A model generated the notes under the pieces. The model was not told where the DNA came from. It ran no database searches and was given only the letters and a program-made list of their open reading frames with translations. From assembly GCA_963745035.1 (NCBI GenBank), contig CAVUVW010000013.1:1902398-1966397 (forward strand): a DNA stretch of 64,000 nt, given 5' to 3'. Origin of the DNA: an uncultured delta proteobacterium. Lineage in GTDB: Bacteria; Desulfobacterota; Binatia; UBA9968. Positions 21,300-32,416 of the stretch are shown one piece after another (the stretch's first letter is position 1; every line of letters begins with the position of its first letter). A program made the position numbers and the translations under genes.

Positions 21300-22169
21300 T
21301 CAATGCGCGCGAATCAACAAAACGGGATCGCCCGAGTGCTGCACGACCCGTTCGGCGACGCTGCCGAGCATCCAGCGCGTCACGCCCGATTTGCCGTGGG
21401 TGGACATGGCGATCAAATTATCCCGCGCCGCGCGCGCCAAGTCGATAATCTCGCTCGCCGGGTCGCCTTCAACGGCGCTCGCCGCGACGGATTCGACGCC
21501 CTCGGCGCGCAGCTCGTCGACTTTGGCGGCGAGGTATTGTTCTGCTTCCTGGCGGCGCGCCTCGCGAAACACCGCCGGTCCCTGATCAAACATGCCGTCC
21601 GCCACGACAAAAGCGGTTTTGGGCAAACTGAAGACCTGAACCAGATGAACTTTGAGCTTCATTTCTCTGGCTAGTCCGGAAACGTGCGCGAGGGCCGACT
21701 CGGCCAACGCTGACCCGTCCAGGGGCACGAGAACTTCGCGGCAGCCGGTCATCGCGGGCGCGGTTGAGTCCTCCACGGGGCGGATCAGTAGCAGTGGATT
21801 GACCGCCGTTTGAACCACTTTGCCGGCCACGCTGCCCAACAACCAGCGTCGCACCCCGGACACGCCGTGGGTTGCCATCGCGATCAAGCAGTCGCTATCG
21901 TCCTTGGCCCGGTCGACGATCGCGTCGGCCGGCTCGCCGGTCTGCAGTGAGCCAGTCACCCTCATAGCGCTGGTAAAATACTCTGCCGTGACTTTTTTAA
22001 AGTAACGTTCATCCACTTCGGCGGGCCAAAACGGCGCGCGCGCATCAGGATCGGCGATGGTGAGCAATTCGACGGGAATCTTATTGGGCTCCGCTAGCCA
22101 CCGCACGAGCGGCAAGATCTGCTCCGCCAGCTTCGAGCCATCGAGCGCAACCAGAATTTTGCTGTACAC
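21300..22169 (-). CDS. Tandem-domain universal stress protein
   Basis: KILVALDGS and MATHG..G..RWLLGSVA motifs twice. Confidence 0.92.
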   Translation of the reverse strand: MYSKILVALDGSKLAEQILPLVRWLAEPNKIPVELLTIADPDARAPFWPAEVDERYFKKVTAEYFTSAMRVTGSLQTGEPADAIVDRAKDDSDCLIAMATHGVSGVRRWLLGSVAGKVVQTAVNPLLLIRPVEDSTAPAMTGCREVLVPLDGSALAESALAHVSGLAREMKLKVHLVQVFSLPKTAFVVADGMFDQGPAVFREARRQEAEQYLAAKVDELRAEGVESVAASAVEGDPASEIIDLARAARDNLIAMSTHGKSGVTRWMLGSVAERVVQHSGDPVLLIRAH

Positions 22170-22191
22170 GGGGCCTCACTTTTCCGCCAAG

Positions 22192-23097
22192 TCACCCGGC
22201 GCGGACCACCAAGACCGGATCGTTGGCATGGCGCACGACGGTCTCGGTCACGCTGCCGAGCACCCAGCGCTTCATTCCCGAACGGCCATGGGAGCACATG
22301 GCGATCAAGGCGTTCGGGGTACGATTACCGAGCGCGATGATCTCGTCGCCGGCCAAGCCTTCTTTCGCCAGGCAAGTCACCTTTTCGACTCCCGACGATC
22401 GGAGCTCAGCCGCTTTCTTTTCGATGTAATCTTTGGCTTCGGCGCAAACGCTTGCGGTCATCTCCTCGAAATTGACCGCATAAAACGCTTCGTCGCCGGT
22501 ATAGACGCTGTACGGAATATGATAGGCGCGAAAGAGAAGGATCTCAGCCTCCAGCTTTTTCGCGAGGTCGGCCACCGTCGGAAGGATCCGTTCCGCCAAC
22601 TCCGAGCCGTCGAGCGCGACGATGATCGTTCTGAAACCGTCCGGCGCGGCGTTATCGGCTTCCTTGCCGGCGCGCACCAGCAACAACGGATTGGCGCTGC
22701 CGCGCAGAACCTTCTCCGCCACGCTGCCGATCAGGAAGCGGTCGACCCCTGAGCGCCCGTGAGTAGCCATGGCGATGATCGCGGCCTGTTCGACCGCGCC
22801 CTTGTCAATGATCACCTCTGCCGGGCGGCCTTTCAGGGCATCGAACCCGACCTCAACGCCGTCGAGCTTTCCCGCAAGCGTTCGTAAATAGTCCTGGCTG
22901 AGACGCAGCTCATCGGCGGTCATCCCATCCAACAGACGAGCAATTTCGGGCGAGCTACTCGCGCCGAACTCGCCGGTGTCCACCACCCTTATGAGCTCCA
23001 AGGGGATTTTCAACCTGCTTGCGAGGTAGAGAGCAAGGGGCAAAACTGCTTCGGCTGTCCTCGATCCATCGAGCGCTACGAGAATCTTGCTGTGCAT
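22192..23097 (-). CDS. Tandem-domain universal stress protein
   Basis: Two Usp domains with HGRSG....GSV motifs. Confidence 0.92.
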   Translation of the reverse strand: MHSKILVALDGSRTAEAVLPLALYLASRLKIPLELIRVVDTGEFGASSSPEIARLLDGMTADELRLSQDYLRTLAGKLDGVEVGFDALKGRPAEVIIDKGAVEQAAIIAMATHGRSGVDRFLIGSVAEKVLRGSANPLLLVRAGKEADNAAPDGFRTIIVALDGSELAERILPTVADLAKKLEAEILLFRAYHIPYSVYTGDEAFYAVNFEEMTASVCAEAKDYIEKKAAELRSSGVEKVTCLAKEGLAGDEIIALGNRTPNALIAMCSHGRSGMKRWVLGSVTETVVRHANDPVLVVRAG

Positions 23098-23153
23098 ATC
23101 CTCCCCTTTCGCGGTGGGATGTCAGAGGCGAACAACACTCAAGAATTGTCGGC

Positions 23154-23168
23154 GCAATCGTTGTGCCA
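23154..23168 (-). promoter_or_regulatory. sigma54 promoter of the usp-usp-ackA operon
   Basis: Minus strand TGGCAC-AACGA-TTGC, a perfect -24/-12 consensus. Confidence 0.75.
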
Positions 23169-23419
23169 GTAGGCGTGAGTCGCCGGCTCTTCGATGCGCC
23201 GAACAGACACGAGAAAATCAACGGATTTTTCGTGACCGTGAAATTTATTGCTTGTTTCTTGCGGGTTCGTCGCGCCTCCACGGCGACTCAACTGGGCGGA
23301 TTACGACCTGTCGCAGTTATGCGACAGCGTAGCCGACATGAACAACACGAGTGTTACGGCTTGTCAGAGCAATTCCACCGTAGGATGGTGGAAAAGCAGG
23401 AAAATCCTTCACATAACCC

Positions 23420-23448
23420 TTGACACCCTCCAGAGCCATTCTTAGGTT
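23420..23448 (+). promoter_or_regulatory. Putative sigma70 promoter upstream of the RpoD-like gene
   Basis: TTGACA-17 bp-TAGGTT. Confidence 0.5.
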
Positions 23449-23612
23449 TTAAGATAGCAGTTTTCTCAGTCAACCTGTATCCCCCAAACGCTTAATTGAT
23501 TTGAGTAATTTACACTGGGCCTACAACCGCGCCGAGTTCCGCGCCGCACGCACTCTTGGCCCAGAAATTGATTGAGATTGAGGAAACTATAGTGAACCGG
23601 GGCTTGCCTGGG

Positions 23613-23642
23613 AGCGTCTAAAACACTAGCGTCTAAAACACT
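23613..23642 (+). repeat. Perfect 15-bp tandem duplication in the leader of the sigma factor gene
   Basis: AGCGTCTAAAACACT twice. Confidence 0.8.
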
Positions 23643-23684
23643 AAAATGAAGCGCTCCTGAGCGCGAGAAACCAAGGAGAATACG

Positions 23685-25226
23685 ATGTTTCCGCCATTTG
23701 ATGCAGAAAGAGATTCTAACGAAGACAACGAAAACTTTGAAGGCCGGGACCTCGGAGTGCCCCAGATTCAAGACCAGGATGGCGAAAGCGCTGGTGAGAT
23801 CGACGGCAGCGAGGAATTCACCGATGAAGAGGAGGCCAAGCCGGAAGCGTCCGACGCCGGACTCGGCTCGGTTCAGCAGTATCTCCACGACATCGGCTCG
23901 GTTCCCCTGCTGACGCGCGAGCGTGAGGTCGAACTCGCCAAAGAGATCGAAGCCGCCAGCAACCAGATCTTTACGGCGCTCTTTTCAATCCCGTTTGTTT
24001 TGCGCCGGGTGGTTGACTTAGGCGCGCGCGTCGCATCCGGCGAGCTCGATATGCGCGAAGTCGTCGGCAAAGTCGATGACGAGGAGGACAGGGAAGACAG
24101 CCTCGATTCCAAGCCGTTTCTTCGGCAACTGGGGAAATTGTCGCGCCTAATGAAAGCACGCGACGCCATTCTCCGCCAGCTTAACCGTGCGCGCCTGTCG
24201 CAGCAGCAGCGCATGCGCCTTGCCCAGCACGAACAGGCGAACCTGGAAAAGATTTATGCATCAGTGCGGGCGCTGCGCCTGTCTTCCGATCAGCAGGAGC
24301 ACGTCGCCGAGCAGATCAGCAAGCTCAGCCTGCGGATCGCTGCGTTGGAGTTGCAAGCGGCCGCCCATCCGCGCAAAAAAAGCCTAGTGGGCGAGATTCA
24401 GTTGCTCGAGAAGACCGCCGGCTTCAGCGCGGCGCAGCTTGCCGAGCAGGCGCGCTTGATTCACGAGGGTGAGAATCGCGTCAAGATCGGCAGAAAAGAG
24501 TTTACCGAGGCCAACCTGCGTCTGGTCGTCAGCATCGCCAAGAAATACATCAATCGCGGCCTGAGCTTTCTCGATCTGGTGCAGGAAGGCAACCTGGGCT
24601 TGATGCGCGCCGTGGAGAAGTTCGATTATCGGCTGGGTTTTCGCTTTTCAACCTACGCCACTTGGTGGATTCGCCAAGGCATTACCCGGGGATTGATCGA
24701 TACCGGCCACACGATCCGCGTCCCCGTGCACCGTGTGGAGTCGCGCAACAAAGTGATTCAGACCGCGCGCGAGATGCAGCGCAAGTTCGGCCGCGATCCG
24801 AGCCCCGAAGAGCTTGCCCGCGAGCTGCGCTTGCCGATCGCCGAATTGCTCAAGCTTGTGCAGACCCACGGCGAGCCGGTTTCGCTGCAAACCCCGATCT
24901 GGGAAGATGGCGACGAGCTCGGCGATTTTATCGAAGATCGGGTCCAGCCACTGCCGGAAAATCAGGCGCTCGAAGGCGTCTTGCGCGCTGAAGTTCGAAA
25001 AGCGCTGGCGGTGCTCACGCCGCGCCAGGAGACCGTGCTGCGCAAGCGCTTCGGCATCGAGGAAAAGCGTGATTACACGCTTGAAGAGCTCGGCGAGATG
25101 TTTGCCGTCACGCGCGAACGCATCCGCCAGATCGAGCAGCGATCGCTGCAAATCTTGCGCAATCCCAATCGCCGCAAACCGCCGATGCCGGGCAAGCAGG
25201 CGGGCATCGAACAGGCTTTGAACTAA
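23685..25226 (+). CDS. RpoD-like sigma70 factor lacking region 1.1 (paralogue of the primary sigma factor)
   Basis: Region 1.2 ([17 protein letters not shown]), region 2 ([14 protein letters not shown]...[19 protein letters not shown]), region 4 ([18 protein letters not shown]). Confidence 0.92.
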   Translation: MFPPFDAERDSNEDNENFEGRDLGVPQIQDQDGESAGEIDGSEEFTDEEEAKPEASDAGLGSVQQYLHDIGSVPLLTREREVELAKEIEAASNQIFTALFSIPFVLRRVVDLGARVASGELDMREVVGKVDDEEDREDSLDSKPFLRQLGKLSRLMKARDAILRQLNRARLSQQQRMRLAQHEQANLEKIYASVRALRLSSDQQEHVAEQISKLSLRIAALELQAAAHPRKKSLVGEIQLLEKTAGFSAAQLAEQARLIHEGENRVKIGRKEFTEANLRLVVSIAKKYINRGLSFLDLVQEGNLGLMRAVEKFDYRLGFRFSTYATWWIRQGITRGLIDTGHTIRVPVHRVESRNKVIQTAREMQRKFGRDPSPEELARELRLPIAELLKLVQTHGEPVSLQTPIWEDGDELGDFIEDRVQPLPENQALEGVLRAEVRKALAVLTPRQETVLRKRFGIEEKRDYTLEELGEMFAVTRERIRQIEQRSLQILRNPNRRKPPMPGKQAGIEQALN

Positions 25227-25522
25227 TCATCCGGCCATCGTCCGGGGCGCGGCGCGCCGCGCCCCGACAATTTCGCCGTGGCTTCGTTCGTGCAGGCTTT
25301 CTCTCCGCTTCGATCGTCCGATTCCGGAAACCGGCCTTTCAGTCTGCCTTCCCACCGTATGTTCGTCTGTTCGTTTGCCTTCGATCCGCGCTTTAGACAG
25401 TGCCTGCCGGCGCCGAGATCGCGCGTGAGCAGCCAAAAAGCTCCGCCGTGCGCGATGTCGCGGCTCGGTCTTAGAGCGGCGCTCGCGGTTTTTGAACACC
25501 CAGATGAGGAGGATGATCACAT

Positions 25523-26146
25523 ATGCAGATCCCCTTGCAGATCACATTCCGCAACATGCCGCGATCCAACGCCATCGAGGAAAACATCCGCGAGAAAACC
25601 GCCAAGCTGGAATCGTTCTTCGACGGGATCACAAGCTGCCGAGTGATCGTGGAGGCGCCGCACCGCCACCACTACAAGGGCAAAGCGTATGTTGTGCGTA
25701 TCGATATGTCGGTTCCGGGCGATGAGTTGGTGATTAACCGCGCGCCCAAGCGGCTCGATGCGGCGAAAACCGCCGACCCGCAGGAGCTCGAGACCGATTT
25801 GGCCGAAAGCCACGAACCGAGCAAGCACGCCGCTCACGAAGACGTATACGTGGCCGTGCGCGACGCCTTCAACGCCGCCGGGCGCAAGTTGCGCGATTAC
25901 GTGCGCCGCCGGCGCGGCAAAACCAAGGCGCATGAGCCCACACCGCTCGCGCGCGTGGCCAAGCTCTTTCCCGCCGAGGCCTATGGTTTTCTCGAAACGG
26001 CGGACGGTCGCGAAGTGTACTTTCACAAAAACAGCGTGCTGCAGCCCGGCTTCGATCACTTGGAGCTCGGCACCGAGGTTTATTTTTCCGAGGAGGCCGG
26101 AGAAAAAGGCCCCCAGGCAAGCACCGTACGCATGGCCGGGCGGTAA
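25523..26146 (+). CDS. HPF/RaiA ribosome hibernation domain fused to a cold-shock domain
   Basis: PLQITFRNM, HEDVYVAVRDAF, YGFLETADGREVYFHKNSV, GEKGPQASTV. Confidence 0.9.
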   Translation: MQIPLQITFRNMPRSNAIEENIREKTAKLESFFDGITSCRVIVEAPHRHHYKGKAYVVRIDMSVPGDELVINRAPKRLDAAKTADPQELETDLAESHEPSKHAAHEDVYVAVRDAFNAAGRKLRDYVRRRRGKTKAHEPTPLARVAKLFPAEAYGFLETADGREVYFHKNSVLQPGFDHLELGTEVYFSEEAGEKGPQASTVRMAGR

Positions 26147-26264
26147 ACGCCGCTCCTCTACGACGCCTGAGTAACTTTGGCTGGGCCTAGCTGGGCGGAT
26201 GGCTTGACGATCGACGCCCCGTGCCGACGAAAGTTATAAGTTTCAGCTGCGCTGACGCCTCGAC

Positions 26265-26932
26265 CTAACGCGAGATCGGCGCGCTGTCGTAGGATTCTAA
26301 CAGCTCGGCCGGGTCCCGATAGATCGCGATGCATTCCGGCTTGCTGTAATTGATTGACCGTCCAACCGCCGCATAACAGTCCCGATCATGCGTAAATTCA
26401 ATTTGCCGGCTGCCTGGGCATCATACGGCGTGTCTCCGACGACAATCCCTTCATCCGGGGCGATTGCGCCCAGCCGTTCGAGAGCGAAGGCAAACACATC
26501 CGGGTGGGGTTTGGATTTTTCGACATCTCCGGAAGAAGTCTCGGTCGCGACAAGATCTTCGATAGCGGCAATTTTCTTGTAAGCATCGAGTTCATCTTTT
26601 TTTGCGGAAGATGCCAGAGCAATCAGCCTTTCGTCCTGTTTGATGCGCCGGAATAGATCGCGGACCTTTGGAAAACTCTTCACATGCGGCAGGTACTCTC
26701 TTTTGAAGAGCTCACCGCGGTACTTGTCCAATTCCTCACCGAATCGATCAAGTTCATCCTTGGAAAAAAAGACCGGCAGGAGCTGATCGGCACCCTTGCC
26801 AATTTCCTTGCGGATCGCGGCCACGGAGACCTCCTTTCCGAATTCCGCGAACGCGACTTGCCAAGCCTTCGCGTGCAAATCGACCGAATCGACGATAGTA
26901 CCGTCGATGTCGAATATCACTGCGCGAAGCAC
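26265..26932 (-). CDS. HAD family hydrolase; two +1 indels near the 3' end
   Basis: FDIDGTIVDS, KSKPHPD, VGDTPYD; shifted frames give GLLCGGW and IAIYRDPAELL. Confidence 0.85.
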
Positions 26933-27222
26933 AACTTCATTCCTCAGTTCGTCTCACAGCTAACGTCACAAGGAGGACAGCCCCATGACAGGAGCTTTTC
27001 TGCGCCAGATGCGTGATCAGTTGCAGCGTGAACGCCGCGCCCCGTCGCGCCCAGGTTGTCTGGTTTCGGTAATCGCATGAAACGTTTCGTCCGCATCCTT
27101 TAACTCGTCCACGAATAGCAACCCGGCTAACGTCAAGACGCTTGGCGCGCGCGGCCGGTATCTGTTCGAGATCGACAACTCCGTCTCCGACACGAATTTC
27201 GACCGCGATTCGCGTTTAATCC

Positions 27223-28038
27223 TTACAGTTGATTCAGCTTCACGACCGGCCACGCAACGACCTCCTGATAACAAGCGAAGTGGCAGAGCGGGCTTGTATC
27301 GGGCAGCTCGACACCGATCGGACGGGTCATGGTATTTACGCGGACCTCGACTTCGGCCGTTTGCAGCGGCCACTGGCGATGGTGGATATCTCCGTATACG
27401 AGAGGCTCCGGCTTGAAGGCAGCGTAAAGCCGATATCGTTCCGTGAGCCAGTGATCGAGTGTGCCTGGCGCGGCGTGATAAACGCCGCCGTTCTGCCGAT
27501 AGTTCGCCTCGAACTCCGCAGCGGGCTGACCGTGAATCCGGGCGCTTCGATATTTCACCTCCGCGCCCTGCCCCTCCACCTTCATCTCGGCGTCGTAATA
27601 GGGAAGATTCATGCAGCGCGCCGCCCTGACCGCCAGCCAGCTGCTTGCATCTAAACTAAAAAACCAAACGCCCGGGCGGTCTTGAATCTTCACGTAAGTG
27701 CGAACGTTCAGTTCGGCAAAGGCAAGAGATATCGGAACGTAGCGCAGGCGCACACCCGACATGTGAAACGGCACGATGCCGATCCAGCATTGGCCATCAA
27801 ATGCATCGAGATCGATTTCTCGAGGGATCAAGGGCCTGATGAGCTTCGGATGCACCGGCCAATGAAGAAACAAGAGATCGTGCCAGCGCATGGACATCGC
27901 CCAGCGTGTCTCGGGCATCGGCCAAGGCCGGTGCGCTGTCTCGGCGGTAACCGACTTACCGCCTATGGAACAACCGGCGGCCAAAGCGCTCGCCATAGTG
28001 TATTGGGTGATCCGAAGAAAGTTGCGCCTGTACATCAA
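27223..28038 (-). CDS. YqjF/DUF2071 family protein
   Basis: HRPWP, WHDLLFLHWPV, ELNVRTYV, GVWFFSLDA, WLTERY. Confidence 0.88.
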   Translation of the reverse strand: MMYRRNFLRITQYTMASALAAGCSIGGKSVTAETAHRPWPMPETRWAMSMRWHDLLFLHWPVHPKLIRPLIPREIDLDAFDGQCWIGIVPFHMSGVRLRYVPISLAFAELNVRTYVKIQDRPGVWFFSLDASSWLAVRAARCMNLPYYDAEMKVEGQGAEVKYRSARIHGQPAAEFEANYRQNGGVYHAAPGTLDHWLTERYRLYAAFKPEPLVYGDIHHRQWPLQTAEVEVRVNTMTRPIGVELPDTSPLCHFACYQEVVAWPVVKLNQL

Positions 28039-28249
28039 GGCCTTCCTTGCTGGTATCCGGAGTATCTTCGCCGCAAGCCGGACGCCGAAACCGGCCTGGC
28101 GCTGATCGACCTGTCAGGCGGAGAAAATCGATGAACGCGCCAGAGCGGTCAACTCTCGTGTCGCTGGCGATCGGGCGCGAACGCAATCGGCGCAGCTCGA
28201 TGCGGGCTGCCGGAGCCAGGAGAAAACGAAATTTCCACCGCGGCGGGAA

Positions 28250-28935
28250 TCAAGAGACGAGCTCAACGCTTACGCCCGGCGCAGCATCAGCGACCGTTTC
28301 CGTCTGCGCGGTTGTCATAAGCCGCTCCGGATCCACCCCACGCTCGATGAGCTCCCGGCGTACGAGCTCGGCGCGGTTCTGCGCCAGCGCGGCTATTTCC
28401 TTTGGATTGATTTCGATACGCTCCAGCACAAAGCGCTCCAGCGACTCTTCGGCTATAGGGCTGAGTGGCATGGCCGGTTGCGTGACGCCGCGCAAATCTT
28501 TGTAGACGCGCACGAGAGCTTCCTGGTAGTGAGCGCCCTTCGCCGCGTCGATGCGCTGCCAAAAGATTTCACGTTTCAGCGCCGCCAGATCGCCCTCGCT
28601 GACTTGGCCGCTGAGGCGCAACTCGGTCCGCGACTTGTCTTTCAGGAGCTTACTCACGACATCGAGCTGTTGCGCGCTTTGAGACTGCACGGCGGCCATG
28701 CCCGGCTCGAACAAAATCGGCTCGACGCGCAGCCCGCCATGCGGCCGCCCAGCGTAAGCATGTTGCCCATGAAACGAAACGGCGCCGAGATTGCCCTCAC
28801 GATCGCGTTGCGAACGGCCGTCCAGATGAGACTCGGCGCGTCGATCTGCGGCCGCCTTGGCCATCCAGCGCGAGCTGCCAGCGAATCGCGCCGCTGATGT
28901 CTTGGAGCAGCGTCAACGGCCATATCCAGCGGTAT
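28250..28935 (-). pseudogene. 3' remnant of a DUF748-family outer-envelope protein gene
   Basis: LLQDISGAI..., LIWTAVRNAIVRAISAPFRFMG and LAQNRAELVRRELIERGVDPERL are spread over several frames; N-terminus missing. Confidence 0.55.
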
Positions 28936-29420
28936 GCCGATGCGGCGGCTGAATTCTTTTGGATGCGCGCTAGTGGTGGGTGGCTGGAGAGAAAACCGCG
29001 CCCGCCGTCTTTGAGGCCGCGGCGACCCATCTCAACGCATCGATCAACGCCTCTTTGGAGTAACCGGCGCGACGTAGGATCTCCACGCATGGCGATCAGC
29101 CGTGTTCTTCACTCCGACTATACCCGCGCGTCGTATTCGACGATCCACCCGTGCAATCGCAAAATTGTCGAAGATCGCTCATGAACTCGAGTCGCACCTG
29201 AACCAGGATCACGCGGCTTTTCGCACCGATCGGGCCTTACCCGATCTCCCGTGCACGACTTCTCGCGTCCTCTGTCGGATTCGTTTCTTACACCGAGCCA
29301 TCGCGGCATCACCCGGGGCAGACAATCTCCCACTTTTCCCACTAAACTTCTCCCATAACCCGCCCGTTTGCAATGAAATCGTAAATCAAATAGTTAGACA
29401 AACCCGGAAGAGAGGCCCTC

Positions 29421-30326
29421 ATGCACTTAATTAGGTTTTACCTTCGAAAAAGCCCATGGCTCATTCGGTGGGCGCGTATAACTCGAGCGATGATCATGCT
29501 CGGACCGGGTCGCGGGGCCCTTCTCAGGCTCTGCCAGAATTTAAGCAAGTGTGCGGCGCCGGCATTGGAACCGGATCGGGCGTTTACCGATGTTAACGTT
29601 GACAAAATTGTCGCTCACATAGAAAACAATGGGTATGCTCATATCGCTCGTCTATCGTCGGACTATCTGAGCGAGATTCTCGACTATTGCGAACAAAATA
29701 ATCAAAGCTCTTATTGGAACCCACACCAGAACTGTGACGCAATCGACCGGCTTGCTCGCAACGAAAAGCTTGTAGAGATCGCTCGCAACTATCTAGGCGC
29801 CGAACCGAAATTATGGCTCACACAGCTACGCTGGACATTCTGTGCGGAAGATCAGAACAGGAGCGCGGATGCGCGCCGGAAAAATTCCGCCGACTATAAT
29901 TTCCATGATTTTCACTACGATTGTCGTGACTTCAAATCGGTGACGTTTTTTATATACTTGAGCGACGTCACCATGGACTCGGGGCCGCATATGTTTGTTC
30001 GAGGCACGCACAAAAACAAAACGCTCCGCGAGCTTATGAATATCTCGATCAGCGATGATTTTGCCAAGAAATTATACGGCGACAAGATTCAGGTAGTTTT
30101 AGGAGAAAAAGGCACTATTTTCGCCGAGGACACAAGCTGCTATCACAAGGCCGCTGTCTGCGAGAAAGCAAGCCGATTAATAGCTTCTTTTGACTACGTC
30201 GTTAGAAAGAAGGCTCCCCCTGTCCCATTTTCGGCCGCGCCGGGATTCAAAGAGGAACATTTCGCCTTACCAAAGCATGATGTTGGCTCGGGGCGCGCGA
30301 AAATCACCGCCGATCTTCAAACGTGA
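29421..30326 (+). CDS. PhyH-like Fe(II)/2-oxoglutarate dioxygenase
   Basis: FHYD (HxD), FFIYLSDVTMDSGPHMFVRGTH, distal YHK. Confidence 0.7.
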   Translation: MHLIRFYLRKSPWLIRWARITRAMIMLGPGRGALLRLCQNLSKCAAPALEPDRAFTDVNVDKIVAHIENNGYAHIARLSSDYLSEILDYCEQNNQSSYWNPHQNCDAIDRLARNEKLVEIARNYLGAEPKLWLTQLRWTFCAEDQNRSADARRKNSADYNFHDFHYDCRDFKSVTFFIYLSDVTMDSGPHMFVRGTHKNKTLRELMNISISDDFAKKLYGDKIQVVLGEKGTIFAEDTSCYHKAAVCEKASRLIASFDYVVRKKAPPVPFSAAPGFKEEHFALPKHDVGSGRAKITADLQT

Positions 30327-30337
30327 GGAGATCCGTT

Positions 30338-30492
30338 ATGGAAAAGGCTCTTGCTGCCTTTGCCCCGTATGCGTACGCCATTCTGCGAATCATGCCGGGC
30401 TACTGTTCCTTTGTCACGGTGGGCAAAAACTCTTTGGCTGGTTCGGCGGCCAACCGGTTCCGCTCGGGTGTCACCCCTTAGCGTTTCTATAA
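30338..30492 (+). pseudogene. Truncated, frameshifted DoxX family gene
   Basis: GAGGAG RBS; MEKALAAFAPYAYAILRIM, then shifted frame AGLLFLCHGGQKLFGWFGG, then stop. Confidence 0.65.
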
Positions 30493-31151
30493 CGCCGCAC
30501 AAGCCAGTTCTTTTTCTCTAGATACTGCTCCACGAAGGACAGAGCCTCGTATAGAGCTGGTTTCCGGATCTCTCTTTTGTGATGATCCTCGGCGCCGCGG
30601 CGAGAATGTCCACTGCTCGCGCGACATCCCTCGGTGTTAGCTAGTAAGAGGGCGCCGGTAGAAATTGATCCACCGAACCGGTGCGCTGCGGCGGCTGCAG
30701 TTTCCGGCTCTCCGCAAGTAGCCGCGCGGTCACTGACAAGTCGGATTAACGCTATTAGGGCCGTTTGGATGACATTCTTACCTGCGCCTTGCAAAATGGT
30801 ACGCCCAAACGTCTTTGATCAGTTCGTCATCAAGCGCGTTTATTCATTACAAACTCCTCATTACTTGATTACTCTGTCCGCCCCTTGCCATTACCTTTTT
30901 TTTTGCGGAATCGTGACAGGCCACGCGCCGGTAACTGGCCGCGAGATCGGCGCCGTAGTACAAAAAGCCCTCCGGCAACCCAGAAGCAGAGATAGACCCG
31001 CCTTTCCGCTATGAGCTTGGGCACTCTGCGGATAGCCGCGCGAACGAATCCGCCCCATTTAAGTCCCGGGGGCACCGTTTGCTTACCGAGTGGAATTCCT
31101 GTATTGGCACGGCCGACCGAAGGTAGGAACAGATGCCGACTTATAACATAG

Positions 31152-31907
31152 ATGTACTTTCCGTTTTTGGATTTTGAGAAGTTGAGCGCCCAATTGCGTC
31201 CGTATCTGATTTTTTGGGGTTTAGGGCTGATCGCTTTTTCCGCAGAGTACCTTTTTCCTGCGCGAAACGTTCCATATCGAGCCGTTTTTTTTCGCGATTT
31301 GGTTGCCCTCGGAGTGTACAACCTCAGTTTTCTGTTGGTGCTACCGGTTTCTGATCGCATTCCGATTCCTAACTACGTGCCTGCGATCGTATCGAGCCTG
31401 CCGCTCGCTGTTAAACTGCTGCTGTTTTACATCGTCGAAGATTTCGGTCTGTACTGGGTTCATCGCCTAATGCACACGAAACCCCTCTGGCGAACGCATA
31501 AGTGGCACCATTATCCGAGCTACATGTACTGGCTGGCGGGAGTCCGAACTTCGATCCCGCACATTTTCTTGTTCAATGTGACGTTTATCGTGGCGAGGCC
31601 ATTACTAACCGGCGCTCCTTACTGGATTTTTCAGCTGATCGTCTTCGAGCACATGCTGCGCAACAACTGGATGCATATGAACGTATCGTGGAGTTCACGC
31701 TGGTTGGAACATTTCGTGGTTACTCCTCGATACCACCATGTCCATCACAGCAGTGATACCGAGCATTACCGCTCAAATTTTGGCTCCTTGCTGACCGTGT
31801 GGGACAGAATCTTCGGGACTTACACCGACCCTGGCAAGGTGAAACAAGATTTAAGGTTCGGCATCGGCGAACGAGTCGCTCCCCATCGTCTCGTTCTCGG
31901 CGTTTAG
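31152..31907 (+). CDS. Sterol desaturase/fatty acid hydroxylase family protein
   Basis: His boxes YWVHRLMH, HKWHH, WMH, YHHVHH; NFG..LTVWDRIFGT. Confidence 0.9.
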   Translation: MYFPFLDFEKLSAQLRPYLIFWGLGLIAFSAEYLFPARNVPYRAVFFRDLVALGVYNLSFLLVLPVSDRIPIPNYVPAIVSSLPLAVKLLLFYIVEDFGLYWVHRLMHTKPLWRTHKWHHYPSYMYWLAGVRTSIPHIFLFNVTFIVARPLLTGAPYWIFQLIVFEHMLRNNWMHMNVSWSSRWLEHFVVTPRYHHVHHSSDTEHYRSNFGSLLTVWDRIFGTYTDPGKVKQDLRFGIGERVAPHRLVLGV

Positions 31908-31971
31908 TTCACAAACCGCGGAGGCCTGATGCGCAGCGTCACACGATGCGATTAGTCGCGCCGGCTTTCCG

Positions 31972-32271
31972 ATGATCAGCCCAGCCGACTTCGATCAGCA
32001 ACACGGCAAGAACTCTTTTTCTCGCCTGCGGACACCGCTCAAGAATCCAGAGTTGAGCTATAGAGATATCGGCACGAAGCTCGGTCTAACAAAGCAGCAG
32101 ATCGCACAACTTGCAAAGCAGATGGGCCTTGAAGCTGCCAAACGAATTCCGAAGCGATTGATCGCTTTTCGGGAGGTAGTCGACAAGGACTATCCGGTAC
32201 AAGTCGCAGCCGTGATCAGGAAGATCAACAGACAGGCGTCTCAGCATCGGCCCAACGTGCTGCCCACATGA
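31972..32271 (+). CDS. Hypothetical HTH protein, possibly truncated
   Basis: LSYRDIGTKLGLTKQQIAQLA; 3' end runs into the nuclease remnant. Confidence 0.4.
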   Translation: MISPADFDQQHGKNSFSRLRTPLKNPELSYRDIGTKLGLTKQQIAQLAKQMGLEAAKRIPKRLIAFREVVDKDYPVQVAAVIRKINRQASQHRPNVLPT

Positions 32272-32416
32272 ACAGCGCTTCGGACCGCTGTGCTTCATAT
32301 TTCGATTTAGCTTTTCGAGTAATGCTTGGACGGAAGCGGCGGCTTGCGGATTCTGCGATTGGAGAAGCCGGTGCGCCATCGCGTCGGTAATCATGAGGGT
32401 GGGGATGTTCCAGGCG
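32258..32416 (-). pseudogene. S1/P1 nuclease N-terminal remnant
   Basis: AWNIPTLMITDAMAHRLLQSQNPQAAASVQALLEK...EALFMWAA, homologous to 60565-60760. Confidence 0.7.

Noticed and set aside
991-28900. Many long antisense and alternative-frame ORFs in the ORF track
   Set aside because: Expected shadows of high-GC codon usage overlapping well-supported genes.
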